The notes beneath the pieces were generated by a model. The model was not told the origin of the DNA. It saw only the letters and a program-made list of their open reading frames with translations, and did not search any database. From Spirochaetota bacterium (GTDB lineage Bacteria > Spirochaetota > UBA4802 > UBA5550), in NCBI GenBank assembly GCA_050298055.1, contig JBNKTL010000018.1, forward strand, positions 29,065-88,481: 59,417 bases of DNA. Direction: 5' to 3'. Shown piece by piece: positions 20,923 through 29,938 of this stretch; the first letter of the stretch is position 1; each line of letters begins with the position of its first letter. Both the position numbers and the translations under genes were made by a program.

Positions 20923-21225
20923 TTAATATTTTTTCCTTTTCTTTTCCGGTTCCGCCATAATGCTCAGGGCCTTCCCCCTGACCAGGGCCTCGGCAATTTT
21001 ACTCCTGGCAGAATTTATGATCCTGCCGAAGGTCTGTCTTGAGATATTCATTGAGGCAGCCGCCTCCTCCTGGTAGTGTGATTCGAGATCTGCCAGCCTT
21101 ACTGCCTCAAATTCCTCCAGTGTCAGTGTGATCTCCTCCAGATCCGAGGAGGGTATTCCTCTCGGCTTATAATAGAGAACATAAGGCTTCGAACAGACTT
21201 TTTTTGAACATTTTGGCCGTGCCAT
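20923..21225 (-). CDS. DUF134 family predicted DNA-binding protein
   Basis: MARPK, YKPRGIP, EEFEAVRLAD, QEEAAASMNISRQTF, ARSKIAEAL; start placed at ATG 21225. Confidence 0.9.
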   Translation of the reverse strand: MARPKCSKKVCSKPYVLYYKPRGIPSSDLEEITLTLEEFEAVRLADLESHYQEEAAASMNISRQTFGRIINSARSKIAEALVRGKALSIMAEPEKKRKKY

Positions 21226-21242
21226 AATCACCTTTTGAGAAG

Positions 21243-21270
21243 TTATGAGCATATGCTCATAATATGTCAA
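21243..21270 (-). promoter_or_regulatory. Perfect 20-bp palindromic operator overlapping the DUF134 promoter
   Basis: TTATGAGCATATGCTCATAA (21243-21262) directly downstream of a minus-strand TTGACA (21265-21270). Confidence 0.7.
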
Positions 21271-21296
21271 GAATAAAAAAGGAAAAATGATGTTTG

Positions 21297-22595
21297 CTAA
21301 CGAACGTCGGGATAGTATCCTGTTGAAACCGGAGTCACCCTCCCTTTCTGTTTTTCTCCAATTTCAATGGTGAGAACATCCTTTTTATTTTTATAGACCT
21401 TAATGGGATATTCCAGTTTCCTCCCGCTCCAGCCTATCCAGGCATATTCCGGAAGAAACCTCACAAACCGGTACCGGTTGGAGACATCAGCGGTCCGCTT
21501 CATGTCCCTTGCACTTGCTTCAATGCTGCTGCTGGCGACATCATACCCCTTGACAACTCCGTAACCCATGGGAACAAAACCAAGGACAAACACCTCAGCA
21601 CTTTCCGCGTAGAGTCCCACGACCATCACCGCCCCGCCCAGGGCTATTCCCCCCACGGCAATAAGGACCCCGCCCACAACACCTGCTGTGGCCCTGCCCA
21701 CATTCTTTACAGATGAGACAAGGAGCCTCTGCCCATATTTTGAGTCCTCTATGTACTCCTGGATACTGTTGTCCCTGACAAAATGCCGTATATACCAGGG
21801 AGACGAATCCGGTGTGATCAGGAGCTTTCTTCGAAGCCCCCTGCTGTCCAGGATTCCCAGATCACTTTTCATCCCCTGGCCCCTGAAAACTATCCCCCTG
21901 AATCCTCTGAAGAGCTTCTGGTCGAGCCGCGGTTTCCAGACCGGTATTGGGCCCGGACCACCCAGTATCATAATGAGATCGGTGGGAGGTTTTTCCCTGT
22001 CTGCCAGTTCCCTGACCCATTCCAGTTTTGGCCGGAGCGATGCCGCAACCCTGAAATCCACCTGCGCCTCTTCCCAGTGGCCGCACATGGTCCAGATACA
22101 GCCCAGGACTATCCTGAGGAAAGGATCGTCAAACCGCCCCTCCTGGCTCCAGTGAGTACTCAGGAGAACAGAGCTCTTCTTTGCCTCAACATATGCCTGC
22201 TCAAAATCTCCCTTCATCGAGAACCCCCAGCTCAGGAGTATATGCATCCAGACGATTTCATGCTCGGACGCGTAGTAGCCTTCAGGTGTTTCCAGGTAGA
22301 AGAAAGTCCGGAGCTCCCGTGACACACTGTAGCGCAGCCTCTCCTCTATCTTTCCGGCATACTTCAGCAGGTCACTGATATCCGGCTCTCCCCTCAGGAG
22401 GTTCAGGTATGTTCTTTCCATTGTGGTAATAAAGGTCCCCTTTTCACCCCGGGGAAGTTCACGGATAGCCGAATCGATGTTCCCCCTGCCCAGTTCACTT
22501 TCCGAAAATGAGTAATCGGCCTTGGTATTAAATTTTGTACTGCAGCCTGTTGCAGTAATTGCACAGCAGAGAGTAATGGCCAGGATTGTTTTCAT
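21297..22595 (-). CDS. Hypothetical lipoprotein (COG3014-like)
   Basis: Lipobox ATGC; helical N-terminal half with Y.a.ehE and A.VEA motifs; 432-aa ORF. Confidence 0.6.
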   Translation of the reverse strand: MKTILAITLCCAITATGCSTKFNTKADYSFSESELGRGNIDSAIRELPRGEKGTFITTMERTYLNLLRGEPDISDLLKYAGKIEERLRYSVSRELRTFFYLETPEGYYASEHEIVWMHILLSWGFSMKGDFEQAYVEAKKSSVLLSTHWSQEGRFDDPFLRIVLGCIWTMCGHWEEAQVDFRVAASLRPKLEWVRELADREKPPTDLIMILGGPGPIPVWKPRLDQKLFRGFRGIVFRGQGMKSDLGILDSRGLRRKLLITPDSSPWYIRHFVRDNSIQEYIEDSKYGQRLLVSSVKNVGRATAGVVGGVLIAVGGIALGGAVMVVGLYAESAEVFVLGFVPMGYGVVKGYDVASSSIEASARDMKRTADVSNRYRFVRFLPEYAWIGWSGRKLEYPIKVYKNKKDVLTIEIGEKQKGRVTPVSTGYYPDVR

Positions 22596-22618
22596 TTTAC
22601 TCTTCGGTTCTCCTCAAC

Positions 22619-23185
22619 TTAATGCTCTTTATCAAGAGTGGATTTATGTTTCAGATAGAGGGCGCCGGCTATAAGAAAAATTCCCACTGCCAGGAAGAGA
22701 AGGTCCAGAGAACTGCTGTAACTGATTTTCATTGAGTGTTCGAAAAATGCCACAATCAGTATCATAATGATGACTTTTCCCAGGGAATTCTTCAGGTCAT
22801 CAAGACTTGATATCTTCAGCCAGTTTGGCCTGTTACCCTCATCCCCGAAATCTTCCAGGGAAACAGTGTCAATCTTGCTGATAAAGAGCTCATAAATACC
22901 AAGGCTGAAAATCAGGAGCACTGTGGCGAAAAGATAATTATCCACTGATGATATCAGGAGAGGGACAATTTCACTCTCCTCATTTGAGTGGGTACCGATA
23001 TGGCTGAATTCCACAATGAATATCTGCAGGCCATGAAAAGCAAGCATGGTCCCTCTGACAAACATCAGTATTGACGAAAGAATTGATCCCAGCACCGCGA
23101 TTATTGCCAGGAAGCGAAAATTATAGAGAAAGTTTTCAAAATAGTATTCAATTTTGTTCGGTTTATTATGCAATGTCTCCTCCAA
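22619..23185 (-). CDS. YqhA / UPF0114 family membrane protein
   Basis: VDNYLFATVLLIFSLGIYELFISKID and WLKISSLDDLK motifs. Confidence 0.9.
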   Translation of the reverse strand: MEETLHNKPNKIEYYFENFLYNFRFLAIIAVLGSILSSILMFVRGTMLAFHGLQIFIVEFSHIGTHSNEESEIVPLLISSVDNYLFATVLLIFSLGIYELFISKIDTVSLEDFGDEGNRPNWLKISSLDDLKNSLGKVIIMILIVAFFEHSMKISYSSSLDLLFLAVGIFLIAGALYLKHKSTLDKEH

Positions 23186-23198
23186 GTGTGAGTATTTT

Positions 23199-23337
23199 GT
23201 TACTACTCAGCTATGTATCAAAATCGTCCTATCTGCAAAAAAAGAAACTGATATGTCCCCGCCGCCTTCGGCGGCGGGGACATATTGTTGATATTTCTAT
23301 AAATAGGTCAATTTCAGCCATATGGCTGAGTAGTAAT
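23199..23337 (+). mobile_element. ~139-bp MITE copy
   Basis: Ends GTTACTACTCAGCTAT / ATGGCTGAGTAGTAAT; perfect core ATATGTCCCCGCCGCCTTCGGCGGCGGGGACATAT; no clear target duplication. Confidence 0.85.
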
Positions 23338-23447
23338 TAAATTATTAATAATTTACAGGATCCTTTATAATACAGGATTTTATTCTTTTCAAATTATTTA
23401 TTATTATTTTACACTGAATATGATAAATAAAAGTTAAAAAATTGGAT

Positions 23448-23580
23448 TTAACGACTCAACGATCTGTAAAAAAGACATAATAAATATAATTACAGGTATA
23501 TCCCCGCCCGCGATGGCATGGATATATTGTTGATATTTTAAACAAATACGTTAATATTAGACATATAGCTGGGTAGTTAT
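23448..23580 (+). mobile_element. Degenerate MITE copy
   Basis: TTAACGACTCAAC / ATAGCTGGGTAGTTAT ends, decayed core TATCCCCGCC, conserved ATATTGTTGATATTT flank. Confidence 0.65.
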
Positions 23581-23641
23581 GCTAATACTTAAAAACCAGA
23601 AGAAAATTTGAATACAAAATTCCCGTAAGGAAAATTAATCC

Positions 23642-24439
23642 ATGAGACTATCAGGAAAAACAATGAAAAAAGTATTAATATGGCTGATGATCAATATAGT
23701 CATATCACTCCTTGTCTTTTCTTTTGTGGCAATCAATACACCATTTCCGCTCTTTGAAGTTTTTATTTCAATATTTATCATATCCAATTTTATATCGCTC
23801 TTTTGCAATATATCGGGATATTTTCTTGGAAAATTATTGAATTCCAAAACTGCCGTAATCAGGCTGCCGGTCATATTATCAGGAGCTCTCATCGCAGCCA
23901 TGGCCGGAATAGTGTTAAGTAACTCTATCGTCTTATTTTTATTCAACTACCCCATCTTTCAGGTAAAAACCGGCTATTTTATTCCCGCTTTACTCATAGC
24001 TCTTATTGTAACAACAATTGCCGTGTTTGTAAACCGGCTTCAATTCAGTAAAGAAGAACTTGAGAAGAGCCTGGATGAAATAAAACTCGAAAAAGAGGTC
24101 AATTCCGATAATTATTCCCTGTCCGTAAAGGAAGGGGAAAAATATCATATGATTAAATGCGACGATTTAATATACCTTTCCGCCCGGGGGAAAAAAACCA
24201 TACTGCACACAAACATCAGGGATTTTGAAGCAAATCAGCTTATTAAAAATTTTGAAAGCAAACTTTCTGAGCATTTCATCCGCATTCACAGACAATTCAT
24301 TATAAACACAAAATATCTCGCACAGGTGAAATATTACGAAGGAGGAAGGTATATGGCCTACCTTAATGACGAAGATGAAAGTGCGCTTCCCATCGGAAAA
24401 AAGATGACCCCCCTGCTGAAAGAGAAACTCGGAATATAG
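23642..24439 (+). CDS. Membrane-anchored LytTR-family transcription regulator
   Basis: Four hydrophobic helices followed by LytTR domain (FIRIHRQFIIN); start may be ATG 23663. Confidence 0.88.
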   Translation: MRLSGKTMKKVLIWLMINIVISLLVFSFVAINTPFPLFEVFISIFIISNFISLFCNISGYFLGKLLNSKTAVIRLPVILSGALIAAMAGIVLSNSIVLFLFNYPIFQVKTGYFIPALLIALIVTTIAVFVNRLQFSKEELEKSLDEIKLEKEVNSDNYSLSVKEGEKYHMIKCDDLIYLSARGKKTILHTNIRDFEANQLIKNFESKLSEHFIRIHRQFIINTKYLAQVKYYEGGRYMAYLNDEDESALPIGKKMTPLLKEKLGI

Positions 24440-24457
24440 TACCGGGTATATGATGCA

Positions 24458-24528
24458 TACCGTTCATTCCCTTTGAAATATCATTCATTCCCTCCCCTCT
24501 TGACATCCTGTTATTAATCCCATATATT
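24458..24528 (+). promoter_or_regulatory. LytTR direct-repeat binding site plus sigma70 promoter
   Basis: TTCATTCCCT at 24463 and 24484 (21-bp period); TTGACA (24500)-N17-TATATT (24523). Confidence 0.75.
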
Positions 24529-24559
24529 ATTTTTGAAACACCAATGAGGAGGCTTTCTT

Positions 24560-25003
24560 ATGAAAAAAACCTTTATCTTTTCTCTTACCATCTTTTTTTT
24601 AATTACCGCGGGATCTCTTTTCGCTGAGAATAAAGGGAACAGGGGAACACTCAGGGTCCTCATCAAAGGTTTTGCCAACAACAGGGGGAACGCAATGATC
24701 GCTCTCTGTCATTCAAAAGAATGTTATAAGGAAAAAAGTAAAGCCTTTAAAAGAAAAAGAGTGCCAGTGAAGAATAAAAAAGCGGAATGGGTTATAAAGG
24801 GGCTATCCTATGGGAGATACTCTCTCAAAATTTATCATGATGAAAACGGCAACGGGAAACTGGATAAAAACGCTCTCGGGATCCCCAGGGAGAGTTACGG
24901 TTTTTCAAATAACGCAAGAGGAATGTTCGGCCCGCCCGATTATAAAGACGTGATTTTCCTCTTTAATAAAGAGGATATGACGGTGAGCATAACCGTAAAA
25001 TAG
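24560..25003 (+). CDS. DUF2141 family secreted protein
   Basis: Signal peptide; YHDENGNGKLD...GIPRESYGFSNN...GPP. Confidence 0.92.
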   Translation: MKKTFIFSLTIFFLITAGSLFAENKGNRGTLRVLIKGFANNRGNAMIALCHSKECYKEKSKAFKRKRVPVKNKKAEWVIKGLSYGRYSLKIYHDENGNGKLDKNALGIPRESYGFSNNARGMFGPPDYKDVIFLFNKEDMTVSITVK

Positions 25004-25009
25004 ACCGCA

Positions 25010-26899
25010 ATGAGCAATAAAAATCATTCAAAAAGGACACGACCGGTTAACAGGTTTCTGGAAATAGTACAGTTTGTTATACTTGCAGGATTTATAACAA
25101 CAGGTAATCTGTCCGGTTTTCATACGGAGATCATGCGGCCATTGACTGCCCTCATTTTCTTTTTCATGATCATAATCTTATATTTTTTGAAAAGAGAATC
25201 GGGAATATCCATGGTTCAAAAGGGATTTCTTCTCTTTATAATCCTGAACACGATGGTCTTCTGGATATTCCCGGAACAACTGGGCCCCGTGATATTCTCT
25301 TCACCCACGGGAATTTTATACGGGGTTTTATTTTCCGTTGTGTTTTTCCCCGCTCTTTTCAGAAAGTCCTATTTCACGGAATTCTTCGCGAGGAAAACAA
25401 CACCGGAAGAGTTCTGGGCAACAGACATCTTCAAGACAATAAACAGGAATATGAGCCTGGTTTGGGCCGGAATATTCGCCCTCTCAGCCTTCATAACGTA
25501 TTTACCCTATCTTCTGCCGGTTGGTCACAATCTCATAACCGGGATCACATTTCAGGTAATACTCCCCCTTCTGATTATAATTGGATACGGTATTCCTTTT
25601 AACAAAAAATATCCCGTGTTTTATATGAAAAGCATCGGCCTTGACCCGGCACTTATCATTCCACAGAATGATGAGCCTTTTGTTACGAAAAATGACATCA
25701 AAATTCAAAATGGAGAGAAGAAAATGAATAAAATCAAGATTGTTGCAATAAACGGTTCGCCCCATGGGAATATAGGAAACACAAGCCAGATGATCCGGAT
25801 GATCGGTTCCGCGATAGCCGAACAGGGGGTTGATTTCCACCTGGAAGAGATATTTCTTTCAGATCAAAAGATCGAATACTGTATTGGATGCGGTTTTTGC
25901 CTGGAAAATAAAAGATGCTGGCAAAAAGACGATCATAATGAATTAATCGACGCACTGCTGGACGCAGATGCTGTTATTCTTGGTTCGCCGGTTTACTTTA
26001 AGCACGTGACCGCGCAGATGAAGACCTTTATCGATCGGTCGTTGAGCTTTGGCCATAAGCTGCGTTCAGCGATAAAACCCGGAATTGCCGTATGCGTCTC
26101 CGCGGGAATGGGTGAATCGGAAACGGGACGGTACCTTGCCGGTCTTCTCCGTGTTTACGGAGCATTTCCCGTGGGGACACTCACGGCCATTGCCACAAGC
26201 CCCGGGGGCTTCCTGGGCAAAGAACAGGTAGAAGCACGGGCCCGGGACCTGGGCGCGGACCTCATCAGGGCCATTAAAGAGAAACGGGTCTATCCGGCAA
26301 CCGACGAGAGCTACCAGTTCTACCTTTTCATGAGGGACCTTGTGAGCCGCGAGAAGGAATTTATGACGGGCGATTACAAACACTGGGAAGAGAACGGCAT
26401 CCTGGACCGCTTTGAATCATATGCGAAACAGGAGTTCACTCAAGCTCCCTACAACTGGGAAACAAGAAAAGAATGGCTGAAAAATATCATCAAAGAAACC
26501 AAAGCAAAAAATGCTCATAATAAGGAAAAATCCGAACCGGAGAGCAAACCGGAAGGTGTCGCTGGCATTGAATCAATCACAAGCTGTCATGAACTGCTGA
26601 AAATGATGCCCCTGGGGTTTAAAAAGGAAGATGCAAACGGCCTGGAAGCCGTCTACCAGTTCAATATAAGCGGAGGGGAAAATTTCAGCGCATACCTTTC
26701 AATTGAAAAGGGTAACTGCGTTTTTCATGAGGGCACACACCGGACACCTGATGTTACGGTTAACTCCCCAGATGATGTCTGGCTTAACATATCAAAAGGG
26801 GAACTGGACGGGCAGACCGCATTTATGTCAGGAAAATATAAAGTTGACGGGAACCTGATGCTGTTGATGAAATTAAATTCACTCTTTGGGAATGCATGA
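25010..26899 (+). CDS. Fusion: multi-TM domain + iron-sulfur flavoprotein (flavodoxin-like) + SCP2 lipid-binding domain
   Basis: About six TM helices; INGSP..GNT, CIGCGFC-x5-C, GSPVYF; C-terminal YQFNISG...AFMSGKYKVDGN. Confidence 0.85.
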   Translation: MSNKNHSKRTRPVNRFLEIVQFVILAGFITTGNLSGFHTEIMRPLTALIFFFMIIILYFLKRESGISMVQKGFLLFIILNTMVFWIFPEQLGPVIFSSPTGILYGVLFSVVFFPALFRKSYFTEFFARKTTPEEFWATDIFKTINRNMSLVWAGIFALSAFITYLPYLLPVGHNLITGITFQVILPLLIIIGYGIPFNKKYPVFYMKSIGLDPALIIPQNDEPFVTKNDIKIQNGEKKMNKIKIVAINGSPHGNIGNTSQMIRMIGSAIAEQGVDFHLEEIFLSDQKIEYCIGCGFCLENKRCWQKDDHNELIDALLDADAVILGSPVYFKHVTAQMKTFIDRSLSFGHKLRSAIKPGIAVCVSAGMGESETGRYLAGLLRVYGAFPVGTLTAIATSPGGFLGKEQVEARARDLGADLIRAIKEKRVYPATDESYQFYLFMRDLVSREKEFMTGDYKHWEENGILDRFESYAKQEFTQAPYNWETRKEWLKNIIKETKAKNAHNKEKSEPESKPEGVAGIESITSCHELLKMMPLGFKKEDANGLEAVYQFNISGGENFSAYLSIEKGNCVFHEGTHRTPDVTVNSPDDVWLNISKGELDGQTAFMSGKYKVDGNLMLLMKLNSLFGNA

Positions 26900-26906
26900 A
26901 TACAGT

Positions 26907-27917
26907 TTACGGCCCGATATATTTCTTCTTGGCCCTTGCGTGCTCACCGAAACTCTTTGAAAATTTATGGCTTCCGTCACCTTTTACCACGAAGAAGAGA
27001 TAGTCTGTTTTTTCCGGGTTAAGGGCCGCCTCTATTGCGTGAAGTCCCGGGTTTGATATGGGACCGGGTGGGAGTCCTTTGTTAAGATAAGTATTATAGG
27101 GCGATTCGATCTTCAGGTAATTGTAGTAGATCTTTTTCTTCGGTTTCTTAAAGAGGTACTGTATGGTTGCGCACGATTCCAGGGGATAATTTTTCTTAAG
27201 CCTGTTGAGAAAAACCCCGGCAATAACAGGCCTTTCCTCCTTCAACCGTGCCTCTCTCTCAACGATACTTGCGATAATTACAAGCCTCTGCCTCTTTCGG
27301 GGATCGGCCGGAAATCCTTTGAGCCCGGAGGTCTTCTCAAAGAAGTTATCGATCATATGCACAAGTATGCCCGTCTTATCATACCCCACCGGAAAAGTAT
27401 ATGAATCGGGGAAGAGATATCCCTCAACGCTTGGTGCGGGTATTTTATACCTGTCCCTGAGTTTCCGGGATGACGCGTATTTCAGAAACTCCTCCTGTGT
27501 CCTGAAAAATCCCTTCTCCGCAAGGAGTTCCCCGATCTGCCTGTTGTGATAGCCTTCCGGTATGGTAAAAGAAACGGTTTTAGTCCTGCCCCCAACCAGA
27601 ATCCCGATTATTTCATCAACACTCATCCCGTCATGGATAACGTAGAGCCCTTTTTTCAGATCATTTGTTTTGTTCCTGTACCTCAGGAGAAGTTTAAAAG
27701 CGGTCCTGCTCCTGATCACTCCTTTTTTGTAAAGTTCAGATATAACCCTGTTGGATCCCCACCCGCTTTTTAACGTAAACTCAACTTTCCTGCTGCCGTC
27801 ACCTGCGGGCATGTTCAGGTACCTCATCCCCACGGCATAACCGATCACGCTCACAGCAATTATAATCGCAACTATTTTGATTTTAAACATTCTGCTCTTA
27901 CCGTTTTTTTCTGACAT
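26907..27917 (-). CDS. mltG: Endolytic transglycosylase MltG
   Basis: TIPEG, EGYLFPDSY, ASIVERE, SPYNTY..GLPPGPISNPG; start at ATG 27917 after GGAG. Confidence 0.95.
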   Translation of the reverse strand: MSEKNGKSRMFKIKIVAIIIAVSVIGYAVGMRYLNMPAGDGSRKVEFTLKSGWGSNRVISELYKKGVIRSRTAFKLLLRYRNKTNDLKKGLYVIHDGMSVDEIIGILVGGRTKTVSFTIPEGYHNRQIGELLAEKGFFRTQEEFLKYASSRKLRDRYKIPAPSVEGYLFPDSYTFPVGYDKTGILVHMIDNFFEKTSGLKGFPADPRKRQRLVIIASIVEREARLKEERPVIAGVFLNRLKKNYPLESCATIQYLFKKPKKKIYYNYLKIESPYNTYLNKGLPPGPISNPGLHAIEAALNPEKTDYLFFVVKGDGSHKFSKSFGEHARAKKKYIGP

Positions 27918-27950
27918 CAATTTCTCCCCGGAAAGGAACATCCAGCAGGG

Positions 27951-29126
27951 CTAAATTTTGCTGATTCCCCTGGCACTGAGATATATTCTTCCGTTTTTCC
28001 CAATTGATGATATAAAGACCCCCCTGACCTCAACCATATCACCATTCTTAAATTCATTTTCCTTAAGCTCAGAGTAGATCTCTGCCGTTCCCTTAAAACG
28101 GTCGTTATTTTTATAATCAACAAGAAGTGTAAAGATCGCTCCCCTTTCTCTCTTCTTGAAATTGGCGATACGTCCCTTCCAGCTGATAGCGGCCCCCCTG
28201 TAAAGATGGGTCTTGTTTTTCAGGTTTTCGTAAGGTATGTTTTCAAAGACCCTGTCTTCGATCCCCGTTACAAATTTTATAAGAAAATTTGTTTTTTCCT
28301 TCACGTCATAATTCACGTTACTGCTATTGATCCTGTTTAAGAGAAGGAGTGCCTCGTTATACTTTCCGGTTTTTATCAGTCTCTTCGACTTTATGAAGTC
28401 TTCCTTCAGCTTTGCTGTGGATACATAGTGTTCCGGGGTCATCTCCCTGTTGACCTTTTTTAAAAGGTCGTAGGATGAACCTCCCAGGTGCACCATATCG
28501 ATCTCCCTCTCATGTTTCACCACAACCTCTTCATTACTAAAAAACCGCACAAGAACACCCTTGTAAAAACCGTAAGAAACAATGGCCACCACAATTATCG
28601 AATAGATGAGAAGGGAGATCTGAAACCTCTTGATGTTCTCCTCCCTGCTCTTGCTGTTATCGTACTTCACCTTTTTCAACTCCTTGAGGAATAATTTCGG
28701 TTTTGGGATCTCCACATAATCATGGAGTTTAGCTTCTTTCTGAAGCCTGCTGAAGTCCCTGCTGTTCTTGATGAGCCTGAGCCCCCTGTGTATATGCGCG
28801 TCCCCCGGGTAAAGTGAATTGAGTTCAATATATCTTCCCAGGACATGTTTCAGGTCGGGAGCTGCTTTCAGAGAAAGAAAAGCCTCCAGGTGCAGAACAG
28901 GGATAAAGTCAGGGTGATAGATCTTTAACCTGCTGATAAGTTCGGACGCCCTGCTGAGTTTATTGTTGTAGAGATAGGCAACTGCAAGGAGAAAAAAAGG
29001 ATAGGGATGCTTTCTTTCACTGACACTCACTTTCTCAAGCAGGATCACCGCATGGGTATACTTTTTCTTTACAAGGTACCGGTATGCCTCTTTAACAAGG
29101 TCACGACTGTTGATTTTCTTTGTCAC
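27951..29126 (-). CDS. Hypothetical membrane protein with TPR-like N-terminus and OB-fold-like C-terminus
   Basis: 391-aa ORF in operon; helical repeats, one central TM segment, WKGRIAN...GDMVEVRG. Confidence 0.6.
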   Translation of the reverse strand: MTKKINSRDLVKEAYRYLVKKKYTHAVILLEKVSVSERKHPYPFFLLAVAYLYNNKLSRASELISRLKIYHPDFIPVLHLEAFLSLKAAPDLKHVLGRYIELNSLYPGDAHIHRGLRLIKNSRDFSRLQKEAKLHDYVEIPKPKLFLKELKKVKYDNSKSREENIKRFQISLLIYSIIVVAIVSYGFYKGVLVRFFSNEEVVVKHEREIDMVHLGGSSYDLLKKVNREMTPEHYVSTAKLKEDFIKSKRLIKTGKYNEALLLLNRINSSNVNYDVKEKTNFLIKFVTGIEDRVFENIPYENLKNKTHLYRGAAISWKGRIANFKKRERGAIFTLLVDYKNNDRFKGTAEIYSELKENEFKNGDMVEVRGVFISSIGKNGRIYLSARGISKI

Positions 29127-29137
29127 TGCAGCCCGAA

Positions 29138-29362
29138 CTATCTCTTTCGGGAAAATATTCCCTTTATTTCATCGATTACTGATATCCTGTCATCCTTCAG
29201 TTTGCCAATGAGAAGCCCGATAAGAACAAAGAGAATAACGATCATGGTCCTGGGGATACCGATTGTCAGGATAAAAACACCGAGGACCAGCCCGGTAAAG
29301 GCGCCCACAGCTTTACCGGGATTCTGGTTGATCCACTGGATGATGTAATCGGTAAAGTTCAT
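29138..29362 (-). CDS. DUF2273 family small membrane protein
   Basis: 74 aa, G...GL.LG..ILT.G..RT pattern. Confidence 0.8.
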   Translation of the reverse strand: MNFTDYIIQWINQNPGKAVGAFTGLVLGVFILTIGIPRTMIVILFVLIGLLIGKLKDDRISVIDEIKGIFSRKR

Positions 29363-29364
29363 GA

Positions 29365-29928
29365 CTACTTTTTGACTCTCTCCATATACTCGCCGGACTG
29401 GGTGTTTATCTTGATGAAGTCCCCTTCATTAATAAAGAGGGGGACCTTGACTTCCGCCCCGGTCTCCACCTTTACCGGTTTTTGCACATTTGTGGCGGTA
29501 TCGCCTTTAACACCCGGTTCCGCATAGGTCACCTTCAGGACAACGCTCTCCGGCGGATCGATGGAAACCGGATTCCCTTCATGCATGGAAATATCAATCA
29601 CATCTTCTTCTTTGAGGAACTTCAGAACGTCTCCGATAACATCCTTGGAGATATGTTCCTGGTCGTATGTTTCCTGGTCCATAAAGACAACAGAATCTCC
29701 CTCGTCGTAGAGATACTGCATGGGTCTTCTCTCCACCCTGACATCCTCCACCTTCTCTCCGGCCCTGAAGGTCTTCTCAACAACCGTCCCCTTCACAAGG
29801 TTTTTCAGCTTTGTCCTTACAAAGGCGCCCCCCTTACCCGGTTTAACGTGGAGAAATTCAACAACAGAAAAAAGGGTCCCGTCCAGTTTAATCACTGTCC
29901 CCCTTTTAAAATCATTACTGGAAATCAT
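29365..29928 (-). CDS. efp: Translation elongation factor P
   Basis: HVKPGKGGAFVRTKLKN, PGVKGDT, VPLFINEG; start at ATG 29928. Confidence 0.97.
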   Translation of the reverse strand: MISSNDFKRGTVIKLDGTLFSVVEFLHVKPGKGGAFVRTKLKNLVKGTVVEKTFRAGEKVEDVRVERRPMQYLYDEGDSVVFMDQETYDQEHISKDVIGDVLKFLKEEDVIDISMHEGNPVSIDPPESVVLKVTYAEPGVKGDTATNVQKPVKVETGAEVKVPLFINEGDFIKINTQSGEYMERVKK

Positions 29929-29938
29929 TATTACCTCG

